Below, one piece after another: positions 38,975 to 48,753 of a DNA stretch of 64,000 bases (positions are counted from its first letter, which is position 1; each line of letters starts with the position of its first letter). Where the stretch lies: assembly GCF_965661665.1 (NCBI RefSeq), contig NZ_CBFIEO010000009.1, forward strand, positions 23,681-87,680. Reading direction: 5' to 3'. Below the pieces are notes generated by a model, which saw only the letters and a list, made by a program, of their open reading frames with translations, made no database searches and was not told the origin of the DNA. Source of the stretch: Cognatiyoonia sp. Lineage in GTDB: Bacteria > Pseudomonadota > Alphaproteobacteria > Rhodobacterales > Rhodobacteraceae. Made by a program: the position numbers and the translations under genes.

Positions 38975-40447
38975 ATGGCGATCTCGATCGAGACATTTTT
39001 TATTGATCCCAATGGGGAAGGCACGCTTCAGGCGCGTATTCAACAGATGGTTGCACAGGGCATTCTGGCCGGTCGGTTTAGGCCGGGGGAGAAGTTGCCA
39101 TCGTCTAGATCAATGGCGAAGCATCTGGGGGTTAGCCGGATCACGGTCACGCTGGCTTATACCGAGTTGGTTGCTGATGATTATCTAATGTCGCGGGGGC
39201 GGTCGGGGTTTTATGTCTCCGACAATGCACCCGATCCACCCGCTTTTCCGGCGCAGCGGGCTTCTGCAACGACTGTTGATTGGACGCGGGCCATCGGGCA
39301 GCGATTTTCGCCCGCCTTGGGGATGAATAAACCGAGCAATTGGGCGGAGTACGAATACCCGTTCATCTATGGTCAGACGGACCCAGAGCTGTTTGACGGC
39401 GCGAACTGGCGAATGTGTGCCCTACAAGCCTTGGGCAAGCGGGATTTCTCATCGCTGACGTCTGACTATTTCGACGGCGACGATCCGCAGTTGATCGAGT
39501 TTATTGCACGCCAGACCCTGCCCCGTCGCGGCATCCTCGCCAGCCCCGATGAAATCCTTGTCACAATGGGGGCGCAGAACGCGCTTTGGCTCACAGCGCA
39601 AGTTTTGCTGACCCAGCGACGCTTGGCCGCGATTGAGGATCCTTGCTACCCCGCGCTGCGGTCGATTCTGTTGCAGTCGCGCTGTCAGCTGGCGACGGTG
39701 CCAGTGGATGGCGAAGGGTTGAAGTTGGACGAGTTGCCGTCGGAGACGGACGTTGTCTTTACCACGCCCAGCCACCAATGCCCTACCACCGCCACGATGC
39801 CGATGTCACGCAGACAGGCGCTGTTGGGGCGGGCGAAGGCGGATGATTTCCTTGTCGTTGAAGACGACTATGAATTTGAGATGGCGTTTCTGAAATCGCC
39901 GTCGCCGTCGCTCAAATCGTTGGACCGTGACGGTCGGGTGATTTACGTCGGCTCCTTCTCTAAATCTCTCTTCCCTGGCCTGCGACTTGGCTATCTGGTT
40001 GGGCCCGCGCCATTCATCCGCGAAGCGCGCGCCCTGCGTGCATCGGTCCTTCGGCACGCGCCAGGGCATACGCAGCGCACAGTGAGCTATTTCCTGTCAC
40101 TGGGGCATTATGATGCGTTGGTCCGGCGAATGGCGCGGACCTATCACAAGCGACGGCAGGTCTTGGACTCTGCGCTCAACGATATAGACATCAAAGTCGC
40201 CGGAAAGGGAGCTTATGGCGGATCATCAGTCTGGGTGGAGGCACCACACGGCGTGGACACAGGCGTGCTCGCAAAGAATTTGCAACAAGATGGTGTGCTG
40301 ATTGAGCCCGGTTCACCCTTTTTCGCAGACCAAGACCCGCCTCGGCAGTTCTTCAGACTTGCCTACTCTTCAATCCCCACCGAACGGATTGCAAAAGGCG
40401 TGAAGTTGATCCGCAAGAGAATCGACGCAGAACTTGCGAAAACGTAG
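38975..40447 (+). CDS. tauR: MocR-type GntR regulator (wHTH + aminotransferase-like domain), taurine regulator by context
   Basis: It has a GntR wHTH (GRFRPGEKLPSSRSMAKHLGVSRITVTLAYTEL) fused to a fold-type-I PLP domain (YVGSFSKSLFPGLRLGY). I prefer ATG 38975. Confidence 0.72.
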   Translation: MAISIETFFIDPNGEGTLQARIQQMVAQGILAGRFRPGEKLPSSRSMAKHLGVSRITVTLAYTELVADDYLMSRGRSGFYVSDNAPDPPAFPAQRASATTVDWTRAIGQRFSPALGMNKPSNWAEYEYPFIYGQTDPELFDGANWRMCALQALGKRDFSSLTSDYFDGDDPQLIEFIARQTLPRRGILASPDEILVTMGAQNALWLTAQVLLTQRRLAAIEDPCYPALRSILLQSRCQLATVPVDGEGLKLDELPSETDVVFTTPSHQCPTTATMPMSRRQALLGRAKADDFLVVEDDYEFEMAFLKSPSPSLKSLDRDGRVIYVGSFSKSLFPGLRLGYLVGPAPFIREARALRASVLRHAPGHTQRTVSYFLSLGHYDALVRRMARTYHKRRQVLDSALNDIDIKVAGKGAYGGSSVWVEAPHGVDTGVLAKNLQQDGVLIEPGSPFFADQDPPRQFFRLAYSSIPTERIAKGVKLIRKRIDAELAKT

Positions 40448-40514
40448 GGCGGATAGGGACGAATGAGCCACAAAACCCCTGCAATTTTGCAAAAAAATGA
40501 GACCGAAAGTACTA

Positions 40515-40548
40515 AATTGGACCTAGCGCAGCTTTCGAATTGGACCTA
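40515..40548. promoter_or_regulatory. Perfect direct repeat AATTGGACCTA x2, 23-bp spacing, upstream of xsc (candidate TauR operator)
   Basis: The copies lie at 40515-40525 and 40538-40548, about 90-120 nt upstream of the xsc ATG. Confidence 0.5.
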
Positions 40549-40634
40549 CTGTTACCCTCAAGTGCTCACTATTTTATCGACAACGAAATCGCTGCCGATT
40601 TAGGCGGCGATAATTCTTTTGGAGAGGACAGCCC

Positions 40635-42407
40635 ATGAAAATGACCACCGAAGAGGCCTTCGTAAAAACGCTACAGGCTAATGGCATTCGCCATGCCTTT
40701 GGGATCATCGGCTCCGCCATGATGCCAATTTCGGATATCTTCCCTGCTGCTGGCATCAAGTTCTGGGACTGTGCGCACGAAGGGTCCGCAGGCTTTATGT
40801 CTGACGGATACACCCGCGCGACGGGTGAGATGTCGATGATGATCGCGCAGAACGGCCCGGGCATTACCAACTTCGTCACTGCTGTGAAAACTGCCTATTG
40901 GAACCACACACCGCTGCTGCTGGTCACACCGCAGGCGGCGAACAAAACCATTGGACAGGGTGGCTTCCAAGAAGTTGAGCAGATGAAGCTTTTCGAAGAT
41001 ATGGTGGCTTATCAGGAAGAGGTGCGTGACCCCTCCCGTGTTTGCGAGGTTCTGGCGCGCGTTATCTCCAAAGCGCACCGTTTGTCGGGCCCAGCGCAGA
41101 TCAACATCCCACGTGATTTCTGGACACAAGTGATCGACGTTGAGACCCCAGAGCCAATTTCATTCGAAGTCTCCCCCGGTGGTGAAAACTCCGTCGCGGA
41201 AGCAGCAAAACTGATGTCCGAGGCAAAGTTTCCAGTGATCCTGAACGGCGCTGGTGTGGTTTTGTCCGAAGGCGGCATTGATGCCTCAAAAGCATTGGCC
41301 GAAGCGCTAGATGCGCCCGTGTGTGTTGGCTATCAGCACAATGATGCCTTCCCCGGCTCGCACCCGCTGTTTGCAGGGCCGTTGGGCTATAACGGATCGA
41401 AAGCTGGGATGGAGCTGATTGCGAAGGCTGACGTTGTGTTGGCACTTGGCACGCGGTTGAACCCATTCTCCACCCTCCCAGGCTATGGCATCGACTATTG
41501 GCCGACAGATGCGAAGATTATTCAGGTCGACATCAACCCTGACCGGATCGGTCTGACCAAGAAGGTCAGTGTTGGTATCGTGGGTGATGCGGCGAAGGTC
41601 GCCAAGGGCATCACCGCACAACTGGCCGATGGCGCTGGCGAAGCAGGTCGTGAAGAACGCAAGAACCTGATCGCCGACACCAAATCCAAGTGGAAGCAAG
41701 AGCTGTCATCGATGGATCACGAGGATGACGATCCGGGCACAACTTGGAATGAGCGGGCGCGGGCAGCCAAGCCGGATTGGATGTCGCCGCGGATGGCATG
41801 GCGAGCGATCCAAGCGGCGCTGCCACGTGAGGCGATCATTTCCTCTGACATCGGCAACAACTGTGCGATCGGCAATGCCTACCCTGACTTTGATGAAGGT
41901 CGGAAGTATCTGGCACCGGGTCTCTTCGGTCCGTGTGGCTACGGCCTGCCATCCATCGTGGGTGCAAAGATCGGTCAGCCGGACGTCCCAGTTGTAGGCT
42001 TCGCAGGTGATGGTGCCTTTGGCATCGCGGTGAACGAACTGACCGCCATCGGGCGCGGCGATTGGCCTGCGATCACGCAGATCGTCTTCCGCAACTACCA
42101 GTGGGGCGCGGAAAAGCGGAACTCCACCTTGTGGTTCGATGACAACTTCGTCGGGACCGAGCTGGACACAGAAGTGTCTTACGCTGGCATCGCGCAGGCC
42201 TGTGGTCTGAAAGGTGTTGTGGCCCGCACAATGGACGAACTGACGGAGGTGCTGAACACAGCAATCAAAGATCAGATGGAAAACAACAAGACCACATTGA
42301 TTGAAGTCATGTTGAACCAAGAACTTGGCGAACCTTTCCGCCGCGACGCGATGAAGAAACCTGTGCGCGTTGCCGGTGTGGATGCTGCTGATATGGCGGC
42401 CGAGTAG
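40635..42407 (+). CDS. xsc: Sulfoacetaldehyde acetyltransferase (ThDP-dependent)
   Basis: 590 aa. It has a ThDP-enzyme fold (AFGIIGSAMMPISD, GFAGDGAFG...NYQWGAE). The N-terminus MKMTTEEAFVKTLQANGI is typical of Xsc. It is followed by pta. Confidence 0.85.
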   Translation: MKMTTEEAFVKTLQANGIRHAFGIIGSAMMPISDIFPAAGIKFWDCAHEGSAGFMSDGYTRATGEMSMMIAQNGPGITNFVTAVKTAYWNHTPLLLVTPQAANKTIGQGGFQEVEQMKLFEDMVAYQEEVRDPSRVCEVLARVISKAHRLSGPAQINIPRDFWTQVIDVETPEPISFEVSPGGENSVAEAAKLMSEAKFPVILNGAGVVLSEGGIDASKALAEALDAPVCVGYQHNDAFPGSHPLFAGPLGYNGSKAGMELIAKADVVLALGTRLNPFSTLPGYGIDYWPTDAKIIQVDINPDRIGLTKKVSVGIVGDAAKVAKGITAQLADGAGEAGREERKNLIADTKSKWKQELSSMDHEDDDPGTTWNERARAAKPDWMSPRMAWRAIQAALPREAIISSDIGNNCAIGNAYPDFDEGRKYLAPGLFGPCGYGLPSIVGAKIGQPDVPVVGFAGDGAFGIAVNELTAIGRGDWPAITQIVFRNYQWGAEKRNSTLWFDDNFVGTELDTEVSYAGIAQACGLKGVVARTMDELTEVLNTAIKDQMENNKTTLIEVMLNQELGEPFRRDAMKKPVRVAGVDAADMAAE

Positions 42408-42409
42408 GT

Positions 42410-43150
42410 GTGCTTTTTGAGTTAACTCACGGAACATTGGCCGTCCTCGCAATTTCATTGCTGGGGGCGGCCTATGTCCGGGGTTATTCGGGCTTTGGGT
42501 TTTCAGCGATTTTTATCGCTTCCGCAGCTCTTGTTACAAACCCTTTGCCCCTCATACCGGTGGTATTTGCATGCGAGATCCTCATGACAGTCTTTCAGGC
42601 CCGCGGCATTCGCGGACATGTGGACTGGCGACGTGTGGGGGCTTTGTTGGGTGGGGCAGCTATCGCGCTGCCCTTTTCCGTTTGGGGCATATTGTCCATG
42701 GGATCAGAGACGGTGCGCATCGCAGTTTCGGTCATGGTCTTGGCAATGTCGCTGGTGCTGTTGTCGGGCTGGACCTTGACGCGCCGCATCGGCGCGCCGG
42801 GGCACATCGGCGTCGGCGTGCTGGCCGGTGCGTTCAACGGCGCAGGTGTGGGCGGATTGCCAGCGGCAGCCTTTATGACCGCGCAACCGATGACGCCTGC
42901 GGCGTTTCGCTCGACCATGATTGTGTTTTTGACAGGGCTGGACCTGATGACGCTGCCGCTCCTCTGGCGCGGCGGATTGGTCACATGGGACACGGCGCTT
43001 GGATTGGCTATGGCGTTTCCAATTTTGGGGCTGGGTATTTGGCTGGGCAGCAGGCGGTTCACGGCTACCTCACCAGAGGGGTTTCGGAGATTTACGATTT
43101 ACCTTCTTATGACCCTTGCGGCCCTTGGGTTGCTGAGAACCCTTTTGTGA
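42410..43150 (+). CDS. tauE: TauE/SafE family sulfite exporter-like membrane protein (copy 1)
   Basis: 246 aa, polytopic, with the RGYSGFGFS motif near the N-terminus. It starts 3 nt after the xsc stop. Confidence 0.7.
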   Translation: MLFELTHGTLAVLAISLLGAAYVRGYSGFGFSAIFIASAALVTNPLPLIPVVFACEILMTVFQARGIRGHVDWRRVGALLGGAAIALPFSVWGILSMGSETVRIAVSVMVLAMSLVLLSGWTLTRRIGAPGHIGVGVLAGAFNGAGVGGLPAAAFMTAQPMTPAAFRSTMIVFLTGLDLMTLPLLWRGGLVTWDTALGLAMAFPILGLGIWLGSRRFTATSPEGFRRFTIYLLMTLAALGLLRTLL

Positions 43151-43159
43151 GCATGTAAT

Positions 43160-44098
43160 ATGACAGCGTCTTCTTTCCTTTCCACCGCTAACGTCCAAGC
43201 GCCGGCCGATCTGATCAAGATGGGTCAGGATTTTGGCAGTCCACGGGTTGCGATTGCCCGCGCTGGTGCGCCTTTGCCGATGCAAGCGGCGAAGGAGGCG
43301 ACAGAGGCCGACCTGATGATCCCCGTCTTTGTGGGTGAGCGGGATATGATTGAGGCGGAAGCCGCTGCTCTCGACTGGGATATTTCGGGCTTTGCCTTGC
43401 ATGACACCACGGGCGAAGAAGAAGCGGGCCAGAAGGCGGCGGCACTCTGCAGTGCGGGTGAGGCGGATGTACTTATGAAAGGACAGCTGCACACAGACGT
43501 GTTTATGAAAGCTGCCGTAAGCCGCGACGCTGGGCTGCGCACGGGCAGCCGGTTCGTGCATATCTTCCACATCAGCCCGCCGGATGGGTCGAAACCAATG
43601 CTCGTCTCAGACGCGGCGGTAAACGTCGATCCTTCGATTGAGACGCGGCAGGATGCGATCCGTGAGGTCACGGATTTGTTGATCCGTTTAGGCACAGCGC
43701 GACCAAAGCTGGCGATCCTGTCGGCCACAGAAAGCGCGATCCCGTCGGTGCCGTCTTCGATGGAAGCCAAAGAGCTGGCAGACTGGGCCAAGGCAGAAGT
43801 GCCGGAGGCGGATGTGTCCGGCCCCTTGGCGTTTGATTTGATCCTGTCACCTGCGGCAGTTGCGACCAAAAAGCTGACCGATGATCCGGTGACGGGCCAA
43901 GCCGATGCGATCATCGTGCCGGATATTGAGTCGGGCAACGCACTTTTCAAAGCGTTTGTGTATGTGGGTGGTGGCTGTGCTGCAGGCGTGGTGACAGGGG
44001 CGAAAGTGCCGATCTTACTCACCTCCCGCGCGGACCCAGCGGCAGCGCGGATGGCGTCGGTTGCACTTGCCGCCATCAAGTGTGCGATCCCGAAATGA
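43160..44098 (+). CDS. pta: Phosphate acetyltransferase (short PTA_PTB type)
   Basis: 312 aa. It has MKGQLHTD, the PTA_PTB-like SDAAVNVDP, and the GNALFK-type motif SGNALFKAF. Confidence 0.8.
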   Translation: MTASSFLSTANVQAPADLIKMGQDFGSPRVAIARAGAPLPMQAAKEATEADLMIPVFVGERDMIEAEAAALDWDISGFALHDTTGEEEAGQKAAALCSAGEADVLMKGQLHTDVFMKAAVSRDAGLRTGSRFVHIFHISPPDGSKPMLVSDAAVNVDPSIETRQDAIREVTDLLIRLGTARPKLAILSATESAIPSVPSSMEAKELADWAKAEVPEADVSGPLAFDLILSPAAVATKKLTDDPVTGQADAIIVPDIESGNALFKAFVYVGGGCAAGVVTGAKVPILLTSRADPAAARMASVALAAIKCAIPK

Positions 44099-45159
44099 TC
44101 TTGGTTCTCAACGCAGGGTCATCATCGCTAAAGGTCGAAGTGTTCGACCTTGCGTTGACGTCTTTGTTGAGCGGTTCAGTAACGAATATCGGGACGGAAG
44201 GCAAACTGTCCTTGGGCGATCAGTCGGGCGCGGTGACGACGCAAGACCACGCAGCAGCCCTGAACGCGATGCTGGAGGCTTTGGCCGCCCAAGGCATCAC
44301 GCTGGATCAGCTTTCCGCCGCAGCGCATCGCGTGGTACATGGCGGGACCATCCTGACAACGCCTGCGCGGGTGACGGCACAAGTGATTTCCGCCATTGAA
44401 AGCTGCGTACCGCTGGCCCCCTTGCACAATCCGCACAATGTGGCAGCGATCATTGCCTTGCAGGAACTGGCCCCCGACCTGCCCCAATATTGCAGTTTTG
44501 AAACGGCTTTCCACGCCACCAGCCCTGCAATGGCCGTCAGATACGCCATTCCGCAAACACAGCATGATGCGGGCATCCGGCGTTATGGCTTTCATGGGCT
44601 GTCTTATTCGAACATGGTCGCTGAATTTAGTGAGGCTTTGCCCAGCCGCCTTTTGGCGATGCATCTGGGCAATGGTGCGTCGCTCGGCGCGATCAAGGAT
44701 GGCAAGTCTATTGCGAACTCTATGGGCTATTCGCCCCTGTCCGGTCTGACGATGGGCACGCGGTCAGGTGACATTGACGGGGCCGCAGTCCTGCGGATGT
44801 CGCATGCGTTGGGTGAGGATGAAACAGACAAAATACTCAACAAAAACAGTGGTTTGAAGGCGCTTGCGGGCGACAAAAACATGAAGACGCTGCTTGAGCG
44901 GGAAGACGACGAAGCGGCCTTCGCGGTGGAGCATTTCTGCTACTGGGCTGCGCGACATGCGGGATCGGCCATTGTCGCGATGGGTGGCGTTGACGCGGTC
45001 GCCTTTACCGGCGGCATTGGCGAAAACGCGGCACCCGTGCGCGATCAGATCATGGCACATCTGAGCTTTCTGGGCGATGTCGACGTGCATGTGATTGCAG
45101 CCGATGAAGAGAAAGCCATCGCGCGGGATGCTTTGCAGCTTATCGAGGCCGACGCATGA
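44095..45159 (+). CDS. ackA: Acetate kinase (short form, FETAFH variant)
   Basis: 354 aa from ATG 44095 (ATGA overlap with pta). It has LNAGSSSLK, HRVVHGG, PLAPLHNP, RRYGFHGLS, HLGNGAS, MGTRSGDID and FTGGIGEN. FDTAFH is replaced by FETAFH. Confidence 0.8.
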   Translation: MILVLNAGSSSLKVEVFDLALTSLLSGSVTNIGTEGKLSLGDQSGAVTTQDHAAALNAMLEALAAQGITLDQLSAAAHRVVHGGTILTTPARVTAQVISAIESCVPLAPLHNPHNVAAIIALQELAPDLPQYCSFETAFHATSPAMAVRYAIPQTQHDAGIRRYGFHGLSYSNMVAEFSEALPSRLLAMHLGNGASLGAIKDGKSIANSMGYSPLSGLTMGTRSGDIDGAAVLRMSHALGEDETDKILNKNSGLKALAGDKNMKTLLEREDDEAAFAVEHFCYWAARHAGSAIVAMGGVDAVAFTGGIGENAAPVRDQIMAHLSFLGDVDVHVIAADEEKAIARDALQLIEADA

Positions 45160-45917
45160 GCTGGCTTTACGATGCAGCAGTGCTTTCGCAGGGGGAGTTT
45201 TGGCTCCTCACCGCGATTGTCGTGGCAGCGGGCATTGTGCGCGGGTTTTCCGGCTTTGCCTTATCCGCGCTGATTATGGCCGCAGCAGTGATTATTCTAC
45301 CGCCCATTGAGCTGATCCCGATGTTGTGGTGGCTGGAGCTTTCGGCGTCTTTGATTATGCTCAAGGGCGGCTGGGCCGATGCCGACCGCACCACGGCCTA
45401 TGGTTTGGTGATCGGCGGGGTCATTGGGTGGCCCATTGGCCTTTGGCTGACCACAAGCCTGAATATCGAAATGTCGACCATGATCGCGCTTATGGTGATT
45501 GTCCTGCTGGCCATCCTACAGCTTGCGAAGGTGCGGATGCCCTTCCTTGCAACGCGCCCCGGTCTTTATGGCAGTGGATTCATCTCCGGCATTGCGAGCG
45601 GTCTGGCCAGCGTCGGCGGCATGGTTGTCGCGCTTTATGTCTTGGCAAGCGATGCCGCCGCGCGGTCGATGCGCGGCACGCTTGTGCTCTATCTTTTCCT
45701 CAGCCTCATCATGTCGATGGTAATCATGCTTGCATTTGGAGTGATGACATCGGGCAGCGTGGCGCGAGGGCTCATTTTCGCGATCCCGACAGTGTTCGGG
45801 GTCTTTCTTGGTCAACAGCTCTTTATTGAACGGTTGGCTACGTACTATCGTCCGTTTTGTTTGGTTCTGCTCTGCGCTTTGGCGGGTGCGGGATTGATCC
45901 GAACTCAGCTCTCTTGA
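45156..45917 (+). CDS. TauE/SafE family sulfite exporter-like membrane protein (copy 2)
   Basis: 253 aa, polytopic, with the RGFSGFALS motif. It has an ATGA overlap with ackA. Confidence 0.7.
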   Translation: MSWLYDAAVLSQGEFWLLTAIVVAAGIVRGFSGFALSALIMAAAVIILPPIELIPMLWWLELSASLIMLKGGWADADRTTAYGLVIGGVIGWPIGLWLTTSLNIEMSTMIALMVIVLLAILQLAKVRMPFLATRPGLYGSGFISGIASGLASVGGMVVALYVLASDAAARSMRGTLVLYLFLSLIMSMVIMLAFGVMTSGSVARGLIFAIPTVFGVFLGQQLFIERLATYYRPFCLVLLCALAGAGLIRTQLS

Positions 45918-45928
45918 AAGGGAATGCC

Positions 45929-48751
45929 ATGTCGCTCGACCAGCCCCATGTAGATACATCACCGAAGGTTTCGGACGAGGTACGCAAAACGACGTGCTAT
46001 ATGTGCGCCTGCCGCTGCGGGATCAATGTTCACATGAAGAACGGCAAGGTGGCCTATATCGAGGGCAACCGCGATCATCCAGTGAACCAAGGTGTGCTCT
46101 GCGCCAAAGGGTCCGCGGGCATCATGCAGCACAACGCGCCCTCCCGCCTGCGTGCGCCATTGAAGCGTGTTGGGCCACGCGGGTCAGGTGAGTTTGAAGA
46201 GATCAGCTGGGACGAGGCGTTGGAGATTGCGGTTGGGTTGTTAAAGCCTATCCGGGAGAAGAACCCTGAAAAGTTGGCGTTTTTCACAGGGCGTGACCAG
46301 TCACAATCGTTCACGGGGCTTTGGGCACAGTCTTATGGCACGCCGAACTTTGCCGCGCATGGCGGGTTCTGTTCGGTGAACATGGCCGCTGCTGGCATCT
46401 ACACCATGGGCGGTGCGTTTTGGGAGTTTGGGCAACCCGATTGGGATTTGACCAAGATGGTGATGATCTTTGGGGTGGCTGAAGATCACGATTCCAACCC
46501 CATTAAGATGGGCATCGGCAAGGCCAAGAAAAACGGTGCCAGAGTTGTCGGCGTGAACCCGATCCGCACGGGCTATAACGCGGTTGCGGATGACTGGTTG
46601 GGGATCACGCCTGGCACTGATGGTTTGTTCATCCTGTCGATGGTTCACTGTCTGATGAAGGCAGGGAAAATTGATCTTGAGTATCTGGCACGATTCACCA
46701 ATGCCTCCGTCCTGATTAACGAAGATCCTGCCAGTAAGCAGCGCGGATTGTTCCTGCGCGACAAAGACGGTCAGCCGCAGGTGATTGACCGCCGGACAGG
46801 CAAGCTCGCGCCGTGGAACGGTGCGGGGGTCGAGCCGGATTTGGCGGGCACGCATCGAGCGAAAGGCGTCACGCATCGCACCGTCTTCCATTCGATGGCC
46901 GAACGGTACATGTCTGACGACTACGCGCCAGAGATTGTTGCCGAGAAGTGTGGTTTGACGCCAAAGCGCATCCGCCAGATGGCAGCGGAGCTGGCGCGGA
47001 TCGCTTTTGATGAGGCGATCGAGCTGAAACGCGAATGGACCGACTTCCGCGGTGTGAAGCATGATAAAATGGTCGGGCGGCCTGTGAGCTTCCACGCCAT
47101 GCGCGGGATTTCAGCGCATTCCAACGGGTTCCAAACCTGCCGCGCGTTGCATACCTTGCAGATCATACTTGGCACGGTGGAAACACCGGGTGGGATGCGG
47201 TTCAAACCGCCCTACCCCAAGCCCGCAACGGCGCACCCGAAGCCCCATTGCAAGGTGACACCGGGTGAGGCGCTGGATGGTCCACACCTTGGCTATACTC
47301 AGGGGCCAGAAGACCTGTGCATTAACGACGACGGTTCACCGATCCGCATAGACAAGGCTTATTCATGGGAGAATCCAATGTCAGCCCACGGGCTGATGCA
47401 TATGGTGATTTCCAATGCGCATGCGGGCGTGCCTTACAAGATCGACACGCTGTTCATGTACATGGCGAACATGTCGTGGAACTCCACCATGAACACCTCG
47501 GGTGTGATGAACATGCTGACCGATATAGATGAGGACGGGAACTATGTGATCCCGAACATCATCTACTCAGACGCCTATTCGTCGGAGATGGTGTCCTATG
47601 CCGATCTGGTGTTGCCAGACACGACCTATCTTGAGCGGCACGATTGTATTTCGCTCCTCGACCGTCCAATTTGTGAGGCTGATGGCGTGGCCGATGCGAT
47701 CCGCTGGCCGGTGGTGGAGCCGGACCGCGACGTGCGCGGGTTTCAATCCGTTCTTTGTGATCTGGGTGCGCGACTGGGCATGTCCGGATTCGTCAACGAC
47801 GATGGCAGTTCCAAGTACAAAGACTATGCCGATTACATTACCAACCACATCCGCCGCCCCGGTATCGGGCCGTTGGCGGGCTTTCGTGGGAATGGGGAGG
47901 AGCACGGTCGTGGGGAAGTGAACCCGAACCAGATCGACCGCTATATCGAAAACGGTGGTTTCTGGATCGAACATGTGCCGGAGGATTGCGCTTACTACAA
48001 ACCGTTCAACGCAGCCTATCAGAATTGGGCGGTGAAGATGGGGTTCTATGATGCGATACAGCCCTACATCTTCCAGCTTTATGTGGAGCCGATGCGGAAG
48101 TTCCAACTGGCCGCTGAAGGGGTCGGCACTCGCCAACCACCGGATCACCTGCGTGAACGGATCAAGGAGACGATGGATCCGTTACCGATCTGGTATGCGC
48201 CCTTTGAGGACGATCATGTCGATTCCGACGAATACCCGATCCACGCCCTGACCCAGCGGCCTATGGCGATGTATCATTCGTGGGGCACACAGAACGCGTG
48301 GCTGCGTCAAATCCACGGGCACAACCCGCTCTATCTGCCGACCAAGGTTTGGGAAGCGCATGGGTTTGAAGAGGGCGACTGGGCCAAGGTGTCCTCTGCC
48401 CACGGTCACATCGTGGTGCCGGTCTCGCATCAAGCGTCGCTGAACGAAAACACGGTCTGGACATGGAACGCGATTGGTAAGCGCAAAGGCGCATGGGCTT
48501 TGGAGGAAGATGCGTCAGAGACGACCAAAGGCTTCCTCTTGAACCACCTCATTCACGAGCTTTTGCCACCCAAGGGCGACGGGCTGAGGTGGGCCAACTC
48601 TGACCCGATTACAGGTCAGGCCGCATGGTTCGACCTGCGCGTGAAGATCGAGAAATCAACGCAAACAAACGAACTTGTTCCAAAAGTGCCGGCGATCAAA
48701 TCGCCGGTGCCGAAAGGCCCGAAAGATCTGCAATGGAAGGTGGGAGACTAA
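45929..48751 (+). CDS. soeA: Molybdopterin oxidoreductase catalytic subunit, SoeA-like (cytoplasmic sulfite dehydrogenase)
   Basis: About 940 aa from ATG 45929. It has the N-terminal 4Fe-4S motif CYMCACRCGINVHMKNGKVAYIEGNRDHPVNQGVLCAKG. No twin-arginine signal is visible. A polyferredoxin and a membrane anchor follow. Confidence 0.72.
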   Translation: MSLDQPHVDTSPKVSDEVRKTTCYMCACRCGINVHMKNGKVAYIEGNRDHPVNQGVLCAKGSAGIMQHNAPSRLRAPLKRVGPRGSGEFEEISWDEALEIAVGLLKPIREKNPEKLAFFTGRDQSQSFTGLWAQSYGTPNFAAHGGFCSVNMAAAGIYTMGGAFWEFGQPDWDLTKMVMIFGVAEDHDSNPIKMGIGKAKKNGARVVGVNPIRTGYNAVADDWLGITPGTDGLFILSMVHCLMKAGKIDLEYLARFTNASVLINEDPASKQRGLFLRDKDGQPQVIDRRTGKLAPWNGAGVEPDLAGTHRAKGVTHRTVFHSMAERYMSDDYAPEIVAEKCGLTPKRIRQMAAELARIAFDEAIELKREWTDFRGVKHDKMVGRPVSFHAMRGISAHSNGFQTCRALHTLQIILGTVETPGGMRFKPPYPKPATAHPKPHCKVTPGEALDGPHLGYTQGPEDLCINDDGSPIRIDKAYSWENPMSAHGLMHMVISNAHAGVPYKIDTLFMYMANMSWNSTMNTSGVMNMLTDIDEDGNYVIPNIIYSDAYSSEMVSYADLVLPDTTYLERHDCISLLDRPICEADGVADAIRWPVVEPDRDVRGFQSVLCDLGARLGMSGFVNDDGSSKYKDYADYITNHIRRPGIGPLAGFRGNGEEHGRGEVNPNQIDRYIENGGFWIEHVPEDCAYYKPFNAAYQNWAVKMGFYDAIQPYIFQLYVEPMRKFQLAAEGVGTRQPPDHLRERIKETMDPLPIWYAPFEDDHVDSDEYPIHALTQRPMAMYHSWGTQNAWLRQIHGHNPLYLPTKVWEAHGFEEGDWAKVSSAHGHIVVPVSHQASLNENTVWTWNAIGKRKGAWALEEDASETTKGFLLNHLIHELLPPKGDGLRWANSDPITGQAAWFDLRVKIEKSTQTNELVPKVPAIKSPVPKGPKDLQWKVGD

Positions 48752-48753
48752 CC

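Noticed and set aside
35909-47095. Long antisense ORFs: 35909..36970 +, 37408..38517 -, 41706..42458 -, 43225..44079 - and 46301..47095 -
   Set aside because: They lie opposite tauA, tpa, xsc, pta and soeA, all of which carry clear family motifs. The antisense translations have none.
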